The translations under genes and the position numbers were made by a program. Positions 41,869-51,572 of a stretch of DNA of 64,000 bases are shown piece after piece. Below the pieces are notes generated by a model. It saw nothing but the letters and a program-made list of their open reading frames with translations. It ran no database searches and was not told the origin of the DNA. The DNA lies in IMG/VR virus record IMGVR_UViG_3300033075_001536, positions 96,001 through 160,000 of that record. One strand, given 5' to 3'. This DNA comes from a virus. Lineage: Duplodnaviria; Caudoviricetes. The first letter of the stretch is position 1; each line of letters opens with the position of its first letter.

Positions 41869-43361
41869 AATTCAGCTTCTAATTTTTTAATTTCATTTTG
41901 AATTTTCTTCAACTCATCTTTTTTCTGCATCATTATCTTTTTATTCTTCTTTCTATCTGCATAAACATCCTCCAACATTCTTAGTGTTGGTGATAATCTC
42001 TTTTCAAAAACTACACCATTTACACAAACCACATGCATAGTTGGATCAATAATTGTTCCATTGTCACACATATTTTTGTTTACTGGATGTTGAATTCCTA
42101 CAAATGTTTCTGGAGCAATGAAAAATTGTCTTTGAGTGGTTGGATATAACGATGCAAAGTCGTAAGTTACACACCAACGATTCATTCCAACTACTGGATC
42201 TTTTACCCACCCACCAGCAATAGTTGAGTCACCATTTTGCCTTGTTTCATCTTTGAATAAAACGATATTTTCTTGTTCTCTAAATCTATTTCTCAAAACT
42301 CCTTCGGTGATTGCAAGAGATCCTAAAGCATTATTCATTTGAGAAACAACATCAGTTATTCTTATTCTAGCCAGTGATGAGATAGCGTATATAATAGAAA
42401 TATAATTTCTAGACTCATGTATTTTTTGCACAAGTACTGAGTCAACTGCGTTATAGTACATGAAGGTCTCAAAATCATCTTCATATAATTTTTGTAAACT
42501 TCCTGTATATTTTATTTTCTCAACTCCAACTAATTTATTTGCCACATAGTCTAAAGATGATGACTCTTTTACTTTAATAGAAGTATCACACACTTCATAT
42601 AGCTGCATATAGTCAAATATCATTCTGTGTGCTGGTATTTCAAATTTGGTCGACCAAATTTTATTTAATCTTTTTGTTAGTGATGAGACTGCTGGATCTA
42701 TGGTGACTTGTCTACCATTTACCCATTTTGCAGGAAGTTTTCTAGATCTATTTACTAGGTATAGCCAGTCATATCCAAGGAAGTTCCATCCAGTAAGTAA
42801 TGGCATTTTCGGAACCATTTTATTAAAAAAAGCATGAAGCATATCAAATTCATCATCATATTTAACATACTTAAATTTATAATTAGCATTGAATTTTTCG
42901 AAATATTTATTAGTATTCACCCGAATCCTTTCTTGCATATCTTCTGGCATATCTTTTAGTCCAAGAAGAATGATTTTATCTTCATAAACAATAGATATGG
43001 ACAGAACTCTAGTTGGTGCAGATTCTGCGTCAGGAAACCCATCAATAATTTCAGTTTCGATATCTATAAAATAAATATCTGGGGTATTAAATTGAAAAAT
43101 TTCACTTTTTTCATGTTCAGGAAGTTGATCTAAAAACTCATAAGTTGCATATCTATCTGGATGTGAAACTTCTACCTGTTTAACATGTTTGTTGTCCCAA
43201 GATTTATAGGTCGGGTGTTTTTGGGGATCATCATCTGGGCATGTTTCATATTTCATAGGATTTTCCCATGAAAAATGTTTCAATTTTATTCCACCAGTTG
43301 GATCCACATAGGAAACTACTAATTTTTTAGTATGACTTAAATATTGCGTATCAATGAGCAC
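41865..43361 (-). CDS. Family B DNA polymerase, N-terminal subunit (exonuclease plus motif A) of a split gene
   Basis: DIETE, GWNFLGYD, YNAVDS, GGWVKDP, YDFASLYP, RK..K; lacks K...NS.YG and DTDS. Confidence 0.9.
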   Translation of the reverse strand: MLIDTQYLSHTKKLVVSYVDPTGGIKLKHFSWENPMKYETCPDDDPQKHPTYKSWDNKHVKQVEVSHPDRYATYEFLDQLPEHEKSEIFQFNTPDIYFIDIETEIIDGFPDAESAPTRVLSISIVYEDKIILLGLKDMPEDMQERIRVNTNKYFEKFNANYKFKYVKYDDEFDMLHAFFNKMVPKMPLLTGWNFLGYDWLYLVNRSRKLPAKWVNGRQVTIDPAVSSLTKRLNKIWSTKFEIPAHRMIFDYMQLYEVCDTSIKVKESSSLDYVANKLVGVEKIKYTGSLQKLYEDDFETFMYYNAVDSVLVQKIHESRNYISIIYAISSLARIRITDVVSQMNNALGSLAITEGVLRNRFREQENIVLFKDETRQNGDSTIAGGWVKDPVVGMNRWCVTYDFASLYPTTQRQFFIAPETFVGIQHPVNKNMCDNGTIIDPTMHVVCVNGVVFEKRLSPTLRMLEDVYADRKKNKKIMMQKKDELKKIQNEIKKLEAEL

Positions 43362-43421
43362 TTTTTTTATATTCTATAATAACTAGATAGTTTTTGTCTT
43401 AAAAATTTTAATATATAAAAT

Positions 43422-45026
43422 ATGATGCAATTGGACCGTTATTTTGATTTTTTAAATGAATCTAAAGTTGTTTATTCTAGTGAGTTTGTGGATATTTTGA
43501 CGAAGATGAAAAAGCATTCTAAAGTGGCAAAAGATCTTTTAAATTTATCTGGAAGAGAAATGGATTTGGTTCATAACTATATTGATATTTGTCCTGGAAA
43601 GGATGATACTATCCTATACATTCCAGATAATAAAGTCAAACCAGAACAATTGGATAAATATGAAATTGTTAATAGGGGTAGATGTCATGTTAGATCAAAT
43701 CGTATTTTTAGATTTGCTGGACTATCCGAAGACCATATACCTTGTCCTCCGCTTGGAACATTATGTGTTTTACACAAAATATTTAGCTTGACTGATTTAA
43801 GAACAGTGACTAGAGATATTGAAAGGCCCGTGGCTTGGTTTAAGACTTTAGAAGGATACAACTTTTTTATGAGTATCCATCCAACCAATAGAGATCAGGG
43901 GGTTGTTGGTGCATATGATTTGGAAGGTGCTGGTGTTCGGAAATTTCCATTTCCGGTGGGCATAAAACCTTCTGAATTTAAGGTGGGTAGATTTGCTAAA
44001 AGAATTCTAGCAACTGTTGGAATTGAAGTTTCTGATAAAGAGGTAGAATCATTTGTCAATCAATATAAATCTGAAATTGCTAAATTAAATGATGTATTTA
44101 GAAATTTAAAATTAGTGGAAGGTGAGGAAATTCGTAAATGGTATCATGAACTTAAATATAGACCAGGAACTGGGACATTAAATGGATCTTGTATGAGATA
44201 TCCAAAGTGTCAGCCATTTTTTGATATCTATGTTTTAAATCCAGATAAATGTAAGATGTTGATTTTGTTAGATGATGTAAATCCAGAATTAATTGTAGGA
44301 AGAGCACTTATTTGGAAATTGGAAGACGGAACCACCTTTATGGATAGAATCTATTACATCAAAGATGCTACAGTGAATGTTTTTAAGGATTATGCTATTT
44401 CTATGGGATGGAAATACAAATTAGATCAAAATAACCAGGCAAATTCTCCAGTGATGTTGGGTGATAAAAAATGTGATGATCAAAAACTTGAAGTAAAGCT
44501 AAAACTAATTAATTATAGATATTTTCCTTATATGGATACAATTAAATTTTTAGATAGATTTAAGGACCATGTTTTAATAACAAATCATAAAGGTAGATAT
44601 GTGTTAGAACAAACCAATGGTGGTGGTGCTGGTAGATGTGAGGAATGTGGAGGATCTGGAAGAGTGACCTGTGGGCACTGTGGTGGAGATTGTGATATTA
44701 CTTGTTATGATTGTGATGGGGATGGTGAAACAACTTGTAGAAAATGTCGTGGAGGAGGAACAATAGATTGTGATAAATGCTCTGGTGATGGTGAAAGAGA
44801 ATGTTCAACTTGTACAGGAACTGGAATACATGATGGTAAAGAATGTACTGATTGTGGTGCTAAGGGTGTTGTAAAATGTGAGGCTTGTGCTGGTAAAGGA
44901 AATATAGAGTGTTCTTCTTGTGATGGAAACGGAAATGTTTCTTGTAGAAGATGTCGTGGTAATGGAAGAATAGAATGTGACGAGTGTGAGGGAAATGGTG
45001 ATGTTTCTTGTCCAGAATGTTCTTAA
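43422..45026 (+). CDS. 'SCM...RAL.W...DRIY' domain protein with 12 CxxC(xGxG) repeats
   Basis: KVGR, GEEIRKWY, GTLNGSCMRY, GRALIW, FMDRIY, FPYMDT; DnaJ-type zinc-finger repeats. Confidence 0.75.
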   Translation: MMQLDRYFDFLNESKVVYSSEFVDILTKMKKHSKVAKDLLNLSGREMDLVHNYIDICPGKDDTILYIPDNKVKPEQLDKYEIVNRGRCHVRSNRIFRFAGLSEDHIPCPPLGTLCVLHKIFSLTDLRTVTRDIERPVAWFKTLEGYNFFMSIHPTNRDQGVVGAYDLEGAGVRKFPFPVGIKPSEFKVGRFAKRILATVGIEVSDKEVESFVNQYKSEIAKLNDVFRNLKLVEGEEIRKWYHELKYRPGTGTLNGSCMRYPKCQPFFDIYVLNPDKCKMLILLDDVNPELIVGRALIWKLEDGTTFMDRIYYIKDATVNVFKDYAISMGWKYKLDQNNQANSPVMLGDKKCDDQKLEVKLKLINYRYFPYMDTIKFLDRFKDHVLITNHKGRYVLEQTNGGGAGRCEECGGSGRVTCGHCGGDCDITCYDCDGDGETTCRKCRGGGTIDCDKCSGDGERECSTCTGTGIHDGKECTDCGAKGVVKCEACAGKGNIECSSCDGNGNVSCRRCRGNGRIECDECEGNGDVSCPECS

Positions 45027-45331
45027 ACTTTAATGTGTTTGACTACACCATTTTCATCTGGATTTCCCCATTTTCTGTTTTTAATTATTTCAAATTTTTC
45101 AGATATAGCATTGCAACAGTCAGTATAACTCATTCCATCAGCATTGGCTGCTCCAAATAGTAAAAGAAAACAATCTGCAAATTCTAATCTTCTTTCTGAA
45201 TTTTTTGTTTCTAAATCCTGAATCAGTTCTCCTACCTCTTCTTTTAAGTGGTGTATTTTTGAAAGAGCATTTGCTTTTGGAAATGTCTTATCTTGCCAAA
45301 TAGTAATTTCATTAAATTGTTTTTCTGTCAT
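45023..45331 (-). CDS. MazG-like/DUF550 nucleotide pyrophosphohydrolase
   Basis: W...TF, HLKEEVGEL, EFADC, K......RKW. Confidence 0.75.
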   Translation of the reverse strand: MTEKQFNEITIWQDKTFPKANALSKIHHLKEEVGELIQDLETKNSERRLEFADCFLLLFGAANADGMSYTDCCNAISEKFEIIKNRKWGNPDENGVVKHIKV

Positions 45332-45810
45332 ATATCTATATCAAAATATTCTATATTTTCATTTGTTCTTTGATTGGTGAATGTTAAATCACTTCTTTTT
45401 ATAATTTCTTCTTCAAAATGAAAGGATGTTTTAAATAATTTTCTTAAAAATGGAATTTCGTTGGAATAGTTTACATAATCAGAATCTACCAATAGACAAA
45501 TTATTTTTCTATCATCTTCCTGATTATATCCTACAATTTGACCTTCGTGATCTTTTTGTAATCCCTTTTTTCCATAACAAACAAATTTTGTGGTTATTTT
45601 TTCACCAGGTGCCCATTTATATTCCATCACCAAATCATCATTTGGTTCTATATTTAAAAATTCATTTTCTACATAAAGTCTAATCCAAAAATATACTTTC
45701 TGTTTTTCGGTTATTTCAATTGAAATTTCTTTACTAACATTGTTTGTTAGATTTTCAGTATTAATATCTTGTACCTGTTCTTTTATTCTTTCATATAAAG
45801 TATCACTCAT
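45328..45810 (-). CDS. Hypothetical protein
   Basis: ORF in the thyA operon. Confidence 0.6.
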   Translation of the reverse strand: MSDTLYERIKEQVQDINTENLTNNVSKEISIEITEKQKVYFWIRLYVENEFLNIEPNDDLVMEYKWAPGEKITTKFVCYGKKGLQKDHEGQIVGYNQEDDRKIICLLVDSDYVNYSNEIPFLRKLFKTSFHFEEEIIKRSDLTFTNQRTNENIEYFDIDI

Positions 45811-45827
45811 TTTATTAAAATTATTTT

Positions 45828-46964
45828 TTAGTTAGATAGAGGCATTTTCACTGTTGGTGAAGATTCATATCCTTCTATTTTTATATCTTCATAAGTTATA
45901 TCAAAAATTCCTTTTTTGTTAATAGAAATTTTCGGAAGTTTAAAAGTTTTTTGTTCTAATTGTTTTTTAACTCCTTCTATTTGATTTAGATAGATATGAC
46001 AGTCTCCACCAGAAAATACTAAAGTTTCTGGGATCATGTTCACTTCCTGTGCAAGCAGATGTAAAAGTATTCCGTAAGAGGCTATATTGTAAGGCAATCC
46101 TAATGGAACATCAACACTTCGTTGAATCCATTTCAAACTTAATTTTCTTTTTGGATATCCTTGATTATCTAAAAATTCATCTGTAATATCCTCACCAAAA
46201 GAGATATGCTTTTTATGAAACTTACACCATTCTTTGATTCTTTCTTCTAAATCCATTTCTCTGGTGTAACATTGAAATCCATAATGACAGGGTGGTAAGG
46301 TCATTTGATCAATTTCAGAAACATTCCAAGCTAATACCATTAGTCTTCTTGAATCCGGATTGTTTTTTAAATCATTGATTAGATTTTTAATTTGATCAAT
46401 TCCTTTTATTTTCCATTTTAACATACTTTGTCCTGAGAATTTTGGATCCTCGACCTCTGTTTTTTCCCAAACAAATTCATTCCATTCTCTCCATTGTTTT
46501 CCATAAACTGGTCCCAAATTTCCCCATTTTTTAGAAAATTTTTCATTTGTTTTTATCCTTTCTACAAATTCTTCTTTAGTAAGCGGTGTTAAATTTTCTG
46601 GACTAGAAAAATCCATATCCAGATGACTCTGCCAACCCATTATATCACCACATTTAAAACCTTCAATAAGCTTTCCTGTTTGCTTAAAATATTTTTTATA
46701 AGCATCCCCATCCCAAATATGACAATCGTTATCAATCAAGTATTTAATATTGGTGTCTCCTTTTAGAAACCATATAAGCTCAACAATAACTCCCTTTAAA
46801 TACATTTTTTTGGATGTTAGAAGTGGAAATCCTTCTGACATATTAAATTTCATGGTATAGTCAAATATTGATTTGGTTCCGGTTCCGGTTCTATCTTTTT
46901 TTACAACACCGTTTGTTAAAATTTCATTAATTAGCTCAAAATATTGCTTATCTACATTATTCAT
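45828..46964 (-). CDS. thyA: Thymidylate synthase
   Basis: DRTGTGT, ELIWF, LGPVYGKQWR, PDSRR, LPPCH, QRSVD.PLG.PYN, D.HIY.N. Confidence 0.97.
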   Translation of the reverse strand: MNNVDKQYFELINEILTNGVVKKDRTGTGTKSIFDYTMKFNMSEGFPLLTSKKMYLKGVIVELIWFLKGDTNIKYLIDNDCHIWDGDAYKKYFKQTGKLIEGFKCGDIMGWQSHLDMDFSSPENLTPLTKEEFVERIKTNEKFSKKWGNLGPVYGKQWREWNEFVWEKTEVEDPKFSGQSMLKWKIKGIDQIKNLINDLKNNPDSRRLMVLAWNVSEIDQMTLPPCHYGFQCYTREMDLEERIKEWCKFHKKHISFGEDITDEFLDNQGYPKRKLSLKWIQRSVDVPLGLPYNIASYGILLHLLAQEVNMIPETLVFSGGDCHIYLNQIEGVKKQLEQKTFKLPKISINKKGIFDITYEDIKIEGYESSPTVKMPLSN

Positions 46965-47242
46965 TTTAAAATATCTTTTAATTTTTTATCTCTTTCAAAT
47001 ACAGGAAAGTCTTTGGTTATTCTTGAATATCCACAGTCATCACATTGTTCAATTTCAGCTTCATAGAAAGGTAGTTTCCTTTTATTTAGGTGTTGGCAAT
47101 TTCTTTCTTTTAATATTTTGTAAAAATGATCGTAAATTATTTTCTTATCAGAAGAGGTAATGGATTCCCACCAAGATTCTATTTTTTTAGAGTCTTCTAT
47201 TCTTGATTGTATTGATTCTTCTTGTGTTAAAACTCTCACCAT
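46961..47242 (-). CDS. Small Zn-finger-like protein with ERDKKLKDIL tail
   Basis: CQH...CDDCG; tail motif. Confidence 0.6.
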   Translation of the reverse strand: MVRVLTQEESIQSRIEDSKKIESWWESITSSDKKIIYDHFYKILKERNCQHLNKRKLPFYEAEIEQCDDCGYSRITKDFPVFERDKKLKDILK

Positions 47243-47274
47243 ATACGATTTTATGTCATATATGGTGATAAGTT

Positions 47275-47760
47275 TTAAAGTCCGTAGAACTTAATACAAT
47301 CTAAAATGTATTTAGAGTGTTTAAGATTTTCATCATTTGGAAGACCAGTTTTATTGGCTTTTCCAAGAGTTAGGTGAAAATTAAAGTAGGGTGTTGGTGT
47401 TAGACCCATAGCAGAACGAATATTTTCTGCATCTTTTGAGTATATTTTGATCCACCAGTGATCACCGTTTGTCCGAATTTCAGATGGTTCGTAGTATAAT
47501 TTAATTTCTTTTCCGTGGAAAAATTCACGAGCTTCTTTGTAGATATCATTATCCACAATATCTGAAATAATAGTGACATGTGCTCCTCTTAGAGGACGAA
47601 CTAGTTCAAGTCCAAATCTTCTTTCTAAGAGCCATGCGTAGTATAAGTGCATATCACCATCTAATTTTGCAATAGCAACATGTTTCCATGACGAATGAGC
47701 TTTGTGCTTTTTCGTTACAATAGATGGATCAAAGTTTAGCTTTGCATTTATTTCAAACAT
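47275..47760 (-). CDS. 2H phosphoesterase
   Basis: Two HxT motifs: GAHVTII and FHLTLG. Confidence 0.7.
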   Translation of the reverse strand: MFEINAKLNFDPSIVTKKHKAHSSWKHVAIAKLDGDMHLYYAWLLERRFGLELVRPLRGAHVTIISDIVDNDIYKEAREFFHGKEIKLYYEPSEIRTNGDHWWIKIYSKDAENIRSAMGLTPTPYFNFHLTLGKANKTGLPNDENLKHSKYILDCIKFYGL

Positions 47761-47765
47761 AGATG

Positions 47766-47773
47766 CAAATATA
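47766..47773 (-). promoter_or_regulatory. Bacteroidota-type -7 promoter element TATATTTG
   Basis: Matches TAnnTTTG; also at 50727-50734, 51585-51592 and 5241-5248 upstream of minus-strand genes. Confidence 0.65.
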
Positions 47774-47801
47774 CTAAAAAATTTTTTTAATATATAAAAC
47801 T

Positions 47802-48242
47802 ATGAAACATTTGAGATATTTTGAAAGTTCCACATCAATGGAAGAAATTTCGGAAGATGATTTCTATTCTAATAGAAAAAGTTCAAATCCATCTATTTTA
47901 ACAGAGAAAGAATCCTTGGATGTTACTAAAATATTCAATAAGTATGATGATGGTACTGGATATATAAGATATTTTTTAATTCCTGGTGTTGATCGACAAG
48001 AAGATGGGTATGAAACATCAAATAATATGGATATACAGTGTAGTGACGGTAGATATTGTATTGGTCAAATTGACATATATAAAATGAAACCAAAATATTT
48101 AAATGTATATTTTATTCATTTCAGTGGATCTTATCACCCAAATGGTGATTTATATTTCAGAACCACACACTTTGATGATATACTATCTTGTATGGATAAA
48201 GGATTGAAAATATCTAAAAAATATTGGAGTAAACAAAATTAA
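47802..48242 (+). CDS. CTS-like peptide protein
   Basis: MKHLRYFES. Confidence 0.6.
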   Translation: MKHLRYFESSTSMEEISEDDFYSNRKSSNPSILTEKESLDVTKIFNKYDDGTGYIRYFLIPGVDRQEDGYETSNNMDIQCSDGRYCIGQIDIYKMKPKYLNVYFIHFSGSYHPNGDLYFRTTHFDDILSCMDKGLKISKKYWSKQN

Positions 48243-49402
48243 ATTGTTATCTCACCAGTTGTTGGCTCAGCAGTTGGTACCACCGGTGTTGGTATATAGA
48301 AAATGCTTTCAAAACTACCATCACGAATTGGAGCCTCACCAACTGGATACCCACTAACATTTCCATTAGCTGCTCTCAAAACATGATAATTTCTTGTTTG
48401 TAGATTTGCTCCACAATGAAGAGTTTTCTTTTTTTTATCCATTAAATAGAATGAATCAACATATGGATAATTTGTGAAATCACATTTATCTAATTGTATT
48501 GTTTTTTCCTCACCGTGCATGTCTATTGTCTTATATCCGAGCTCTTTTATTTTATCGGTTAGGTAGTTAAATAACCATTCATGTGTAAAATAAACTCTAT
48601 CGATAAATTTTTCTCCTTTTTTATCTATCCATACCAATCCCCTTGCTGCTATTTTATTATTTAAAGATATGGTGGCAAGTCCTATTTGCTTTGGATTTTC
48701 AGTGTATAGTTTAAGCCAATCTCCATGATTTGTCATGCAAGATTTGTGTAGAGTTCCAATTGGCGCTTCTAAATAGTTTTTTGGATCATATCCTTTCAAA
48801 ATATCTTGTCCATATAAAAATTCAACTTTTAGTTGATCATTTGCTTGGAAAGAGACAAATTTATTGTGCATTTCCTCAATAAATTTGTCTGAATTTTCTA
48901 TTGTTGAGGTAGATACGACTTCTTTAAATTTATCAGATACCCTTTTTAAGAATCTTCCAAACTTTAGTTCCATTTTTTTATTTGAATTGGAAAGTTGAAT
49001 CATTCCAACCGATTTCGAGATAGAGAAGTCAGTAAATTCATCAAAAACACCAATTTTATGAATAAGGGCAGTGGATATAAAGTTCAAATCACTTATATTT
49101 AGAAATCTATCAAAGTCAGCTGATTTATTACAGGTTTCTTTTTTATCACAATTGATAAATTTACAAAGTCCTGTAACATTGTCAGTTAATTGACCATCTT
49201 TATAAAAAGAAACCCAAGAATAGACATATCCTAGTTTATCTGGTGAATGATCTCCATTGCACTGATTTTGACAAATATAAATTGTGTTTGGATTATCAGA
49301 AACATATATTCTAGCTGAATCAATATATTGACCACTTATAAAGCAGGTTATATAATCTCCCGTGGTGTATGTTTGTCCTTGTATATCTATACTTCGTGGC
49401 AT
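48239..49402 (-). CDS. Third 'SCM...RG.VW...DRVY' paralogue, without CTS peptide
   Basis: KFGRFL, GQDILKGY, GTLHKSCM, ARGLVW, FIDRVY, YPYVDS. Confidence 0.7.
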   Translation of the reverse strand: MPRSIDIQGQTYTTGDYITCFISGQYIDSARIYVSDNPNTIYICQNQCNGDHSPDKLGYVYSWVSFYKDGQLTDNVTGLCKFINCDKKETCNKSADFDRFLNISDLNFISTALIHKIGVFDEFTDFSISKSVGMIQLSNSNKKMELKFGRFLKRVSDKFKEVVSTSTIENSDKFIEEMHNKFVSFQANDQLKVEFLYGQDILKGYDPKNYLEAPIGTLHKSCMTNHGDWLKLYTENPKQIGLATISLNNKIAARGLVWIDKKGEKFIDRVYFTHEWLFNYLTDKIKELGYKTIDMHGEEKTIQLDKCDFTNYPYVDSFYLMDKKKKTLHCGANLQTRNYHVLRAANGNVSGYPVGEAPIRDGSFESIFYIPTPVVPTAEPTTGEITI

Positions 49403-49470
49403 TATTTATATTTTAAAATTAAAGATAAGAAAAATATTTTGATATATACTTAAAAATTATTTAAAATTTT

Positions 49471-49647
49471 ATGGAACCAATCAAAAATCAAGTTCTTTCC
49501 AATGATGAAATGACTATGTTAAGAGAAAAATTTATTAATGAGTATGCTAAATCAAAAGGATGGAATCCGAAAGAATTAACAACTCAACAACTTCTTGAAA
49601 TAACAACATCCAAACAATATAAGAACCCTGGACTAATTTTAGGTTAA
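49471..49647 (+). CDS. Small hypothetical protein (58 aa, not in the ORF track)
   Basis: Manual translation MEPIKNQVLSNDEMTMLREKFINEYAKSKGWNP...KNPGLILG. Confidence 0.6.
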   Translation: MEPIKNQVLSNDEMTMLREKFINEYAKSKGWNPKELTTQQLLEITTSKQYKNPGLILG

Positions 49648-50705
49648 GCGTAAATAATATCTACATCTTTCGAATAGACATCATCAATAGCTGGAATTAC
49701 CTCACCAAGTGTTTTTCTAGCTGCTAGAAATTGTTTATCATCTCCAAACCAAATATAACATTCGTTTCCATTCCAAGAAAGTCCGGTAACATCCCAGTAT
49801 TCTGATTTAGTGATTAACCAGTTGTAGATGAATTGTCTTTCCTCAGCAATTCTCTCATCTCTTAGATGACACTCATAAACATCCTTGTAATCTCTAACGA
49901 AAACATATATCGCATTTCTTGTTGGTTTATTACTATTATTGGAATAGTAAAGTGCCATAAATTCTTCCTCAGTCATTCTTGCTTCTGGAGTTCTTTCAGT
50001 TGGAAGTGATTCCCAATCAACCAAAACACTAGCTTTACATAATCGAACCAGGTGCTCCATATCTTGACATTCTTCGGTGGTATGTTCTTTGTAATATCCA
50101 ACAGATATATTAGTACCTTCAGGCACGAGAGATACAAATTGTGCTGAATCAGTTACAATTCCAGTATCATCTGGCTTAAATTTAAAATTCTTTTCGTTTT
50201 TGTTAAATTGTTCAGACAAAGCATTTGCAAAGGAATCTGAACAACATCTTCCCCAAAGTTGATGTGTAATTACCGAATCAGTTCCCCTTCTATCAAAGGA
50301 TATGCACCTTTTGATATTTTTATATTTAAAATTACTTGACAAAGCAGATGATCCTATACACCCACATTCTTCTCCTAAGAAGAAATAATATAATCCTGGA
50401 ACCTTATTCTCTATCATATATAGAATAACAGTCATTCCTGATTTATCATCTGCTCCTAAAATTGTCTTACCGTCCGTAGCAATATATTTTCCATAGGTTC
50501 TATGTCTTACTGAATCTTGTTTAGAACAAGCAGTATCTAAATGACAAGTGAACATGGTTGTTGGGTCTGGATTTCCTATAATTAGGAAATAATTTCCGTG
50601 ATCATCTTTTTGATATCCTTCTGGTAGGTAGTTTAATAATTGTGTCTCGGTTCTGTGTGGATAAGTTTTCCGAGTAAGTTGTAAAAATTTTCGTTTAATT
50701 CGCAT
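49644..50705 (-). CDS. M28/M20-like zinc peptidase
   Basis: CHLDT, LGADDKSG, GEECG, FDRRG, TDS, NISVGY..EH. Confidence 0.85.
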   Translation of the reverse strand: MRIKRKFLQLTRKTYPHRTETQLLNYLPEGYQKDDHGNYFLIIGNPDPTTMFTCHLDTACSKQDSVRHRTYGKYIATDGKTILGADDKSGMTVILYMIENKVPGLYYFFLGEECGCIGSSALSSNFKYKNIKRCISFDRRGTDSVITHQLWGRCCSDSFANALSEQFNKNEKNFKFKPDDTGIVTDSAQFVSLVPEGTNISVGYYKEHTTEECQDMEHLVRLCKASVLVDWESLPTERTPEARMTEEEFMALYYSNNSNKPTRNAIYVFVRDYKDVYECHLRDERIAEERQFIYNWLITKSEYWDVTGLSWNGNECYIWFGDDKQFLAARKTLGEVIPAIDDVYSKDVDIIYA

Positions 50706-50749
50706 TCGCAGAGTTTATTTAGCATACAAATATACGAATTAATTTAGAA

Positions 50750-50956
50750 TTATCCTAATTTAAAATTTTCTTTTTTAACTTCAATTTCACCTAGTTCTGG
50801 ATGCATAATAATTAGTCTAAGTCCAGAGGAATCTTCAATAGATTCACGATAGACTTTGAACTTATCACCTATTTTATAGGTATTTTTTCCATTTACATTA
50901 ATTATTGAATCCTTGATTGCAATAATTTCATCACCTTGTTTAAATTTCGTCTCCAT
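50750..50956 (-). CDS. Small hypothetical protein
   Basis: SH3-like FKQGD...V pattern. Confidence 0.5.
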   Translation of the reverse strand: METKFKQGDEIIAIKDSIINVNGKNTYKIGDKFKVYRESIEDSSGLRLIIMHPELGEIEVKKENFKLG

Positions 50957-51572
50957 CTTCTTTAAATAGTTCTTCTAATTTTTTATCTCTTATGTATTCT
51001 AGTTTCAATTGCTTAATAGTTGTTTTCCAATTCTCAAATAAATTTGAAATTTCATATTCTTCCTCAGCTCTTGATCCAATGGTAATGCTACCATGCTTCA
51101 TTCCAGCTACTGCTTTCCAAGCACTACTTGAATCTTTTGGCATCGATTTTGAAAAGATATAAAATGTGCAATTTTCTTTTTTCTTTAATCTACTTAAAAG
51201 AGAATCTCTGTTATCCGATAAGTCAATATCTGGAGTAATTTGTATGATAAATATAATTGGAATACTTGTTTGTTTTCTAACTCTTTGTTCATATTCTTTC
51301 ATTCCTAAAAAAGTGCAAGATCTATAAATATCAATAATTAAATAGTCCACTCTAAATAGATTTTCAGATAATACTTTTTCAAAATCATCTATACCATGAA
51401 ATTTCTTTTTAGCAGTTTGGGTCCAAGAATACAATCCAGAATCAAAACTATCATTGGATAATAAAAGAATATTTTTACCAGCAACATCTAGAAAACTAAA
51501 TACTTTGGAACCACCAACTTGTATATCGTTTGGTGTTCCACTAATATAGTTTGTATCTTTAATATCTATCAT
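50940..51572 (-). CDS. Possible degenerate RecA/DnaB-fold protein with YIRDKKLEEL tail
   Basis: VDYLIID and IPIIFIIQ resemble helicase motifs; no Walker A. Confidence 0.5.
   Translation of the reverse strand: MIDIKDTNYISGTPNDIQVGGSKVFSFLDVAGKNILLLSNDSFDSGLYSWTQTAKKKFHGIDDFEKVLSENLFRVDYLIIDIYRSCTFLGMKEYEQRVRKQTSIPIIFIIQITPDIDLSDNRDSLLSRLKKKENCTFYIFSKSMPKDSSSAWKAVAGMKHGSITIGSRAEEEYEISNLFENWKTTIKQLKLEYIRDKKLEELFKEDGDEI

Noticed and set aside
43422-45026. DnaJ chaperone
   Set aside because: No J-domain HPD context or DnaJ C-terminal domain; only the zinc-finger repeats are shared
45828-46964. Intron or intein in the long thyA (also checked nrdJ and the helicase)
   Set aside because: Reading frames are continuous, insertions are short, and no intein C/HN termini or homing-endonuclease motifs were seen
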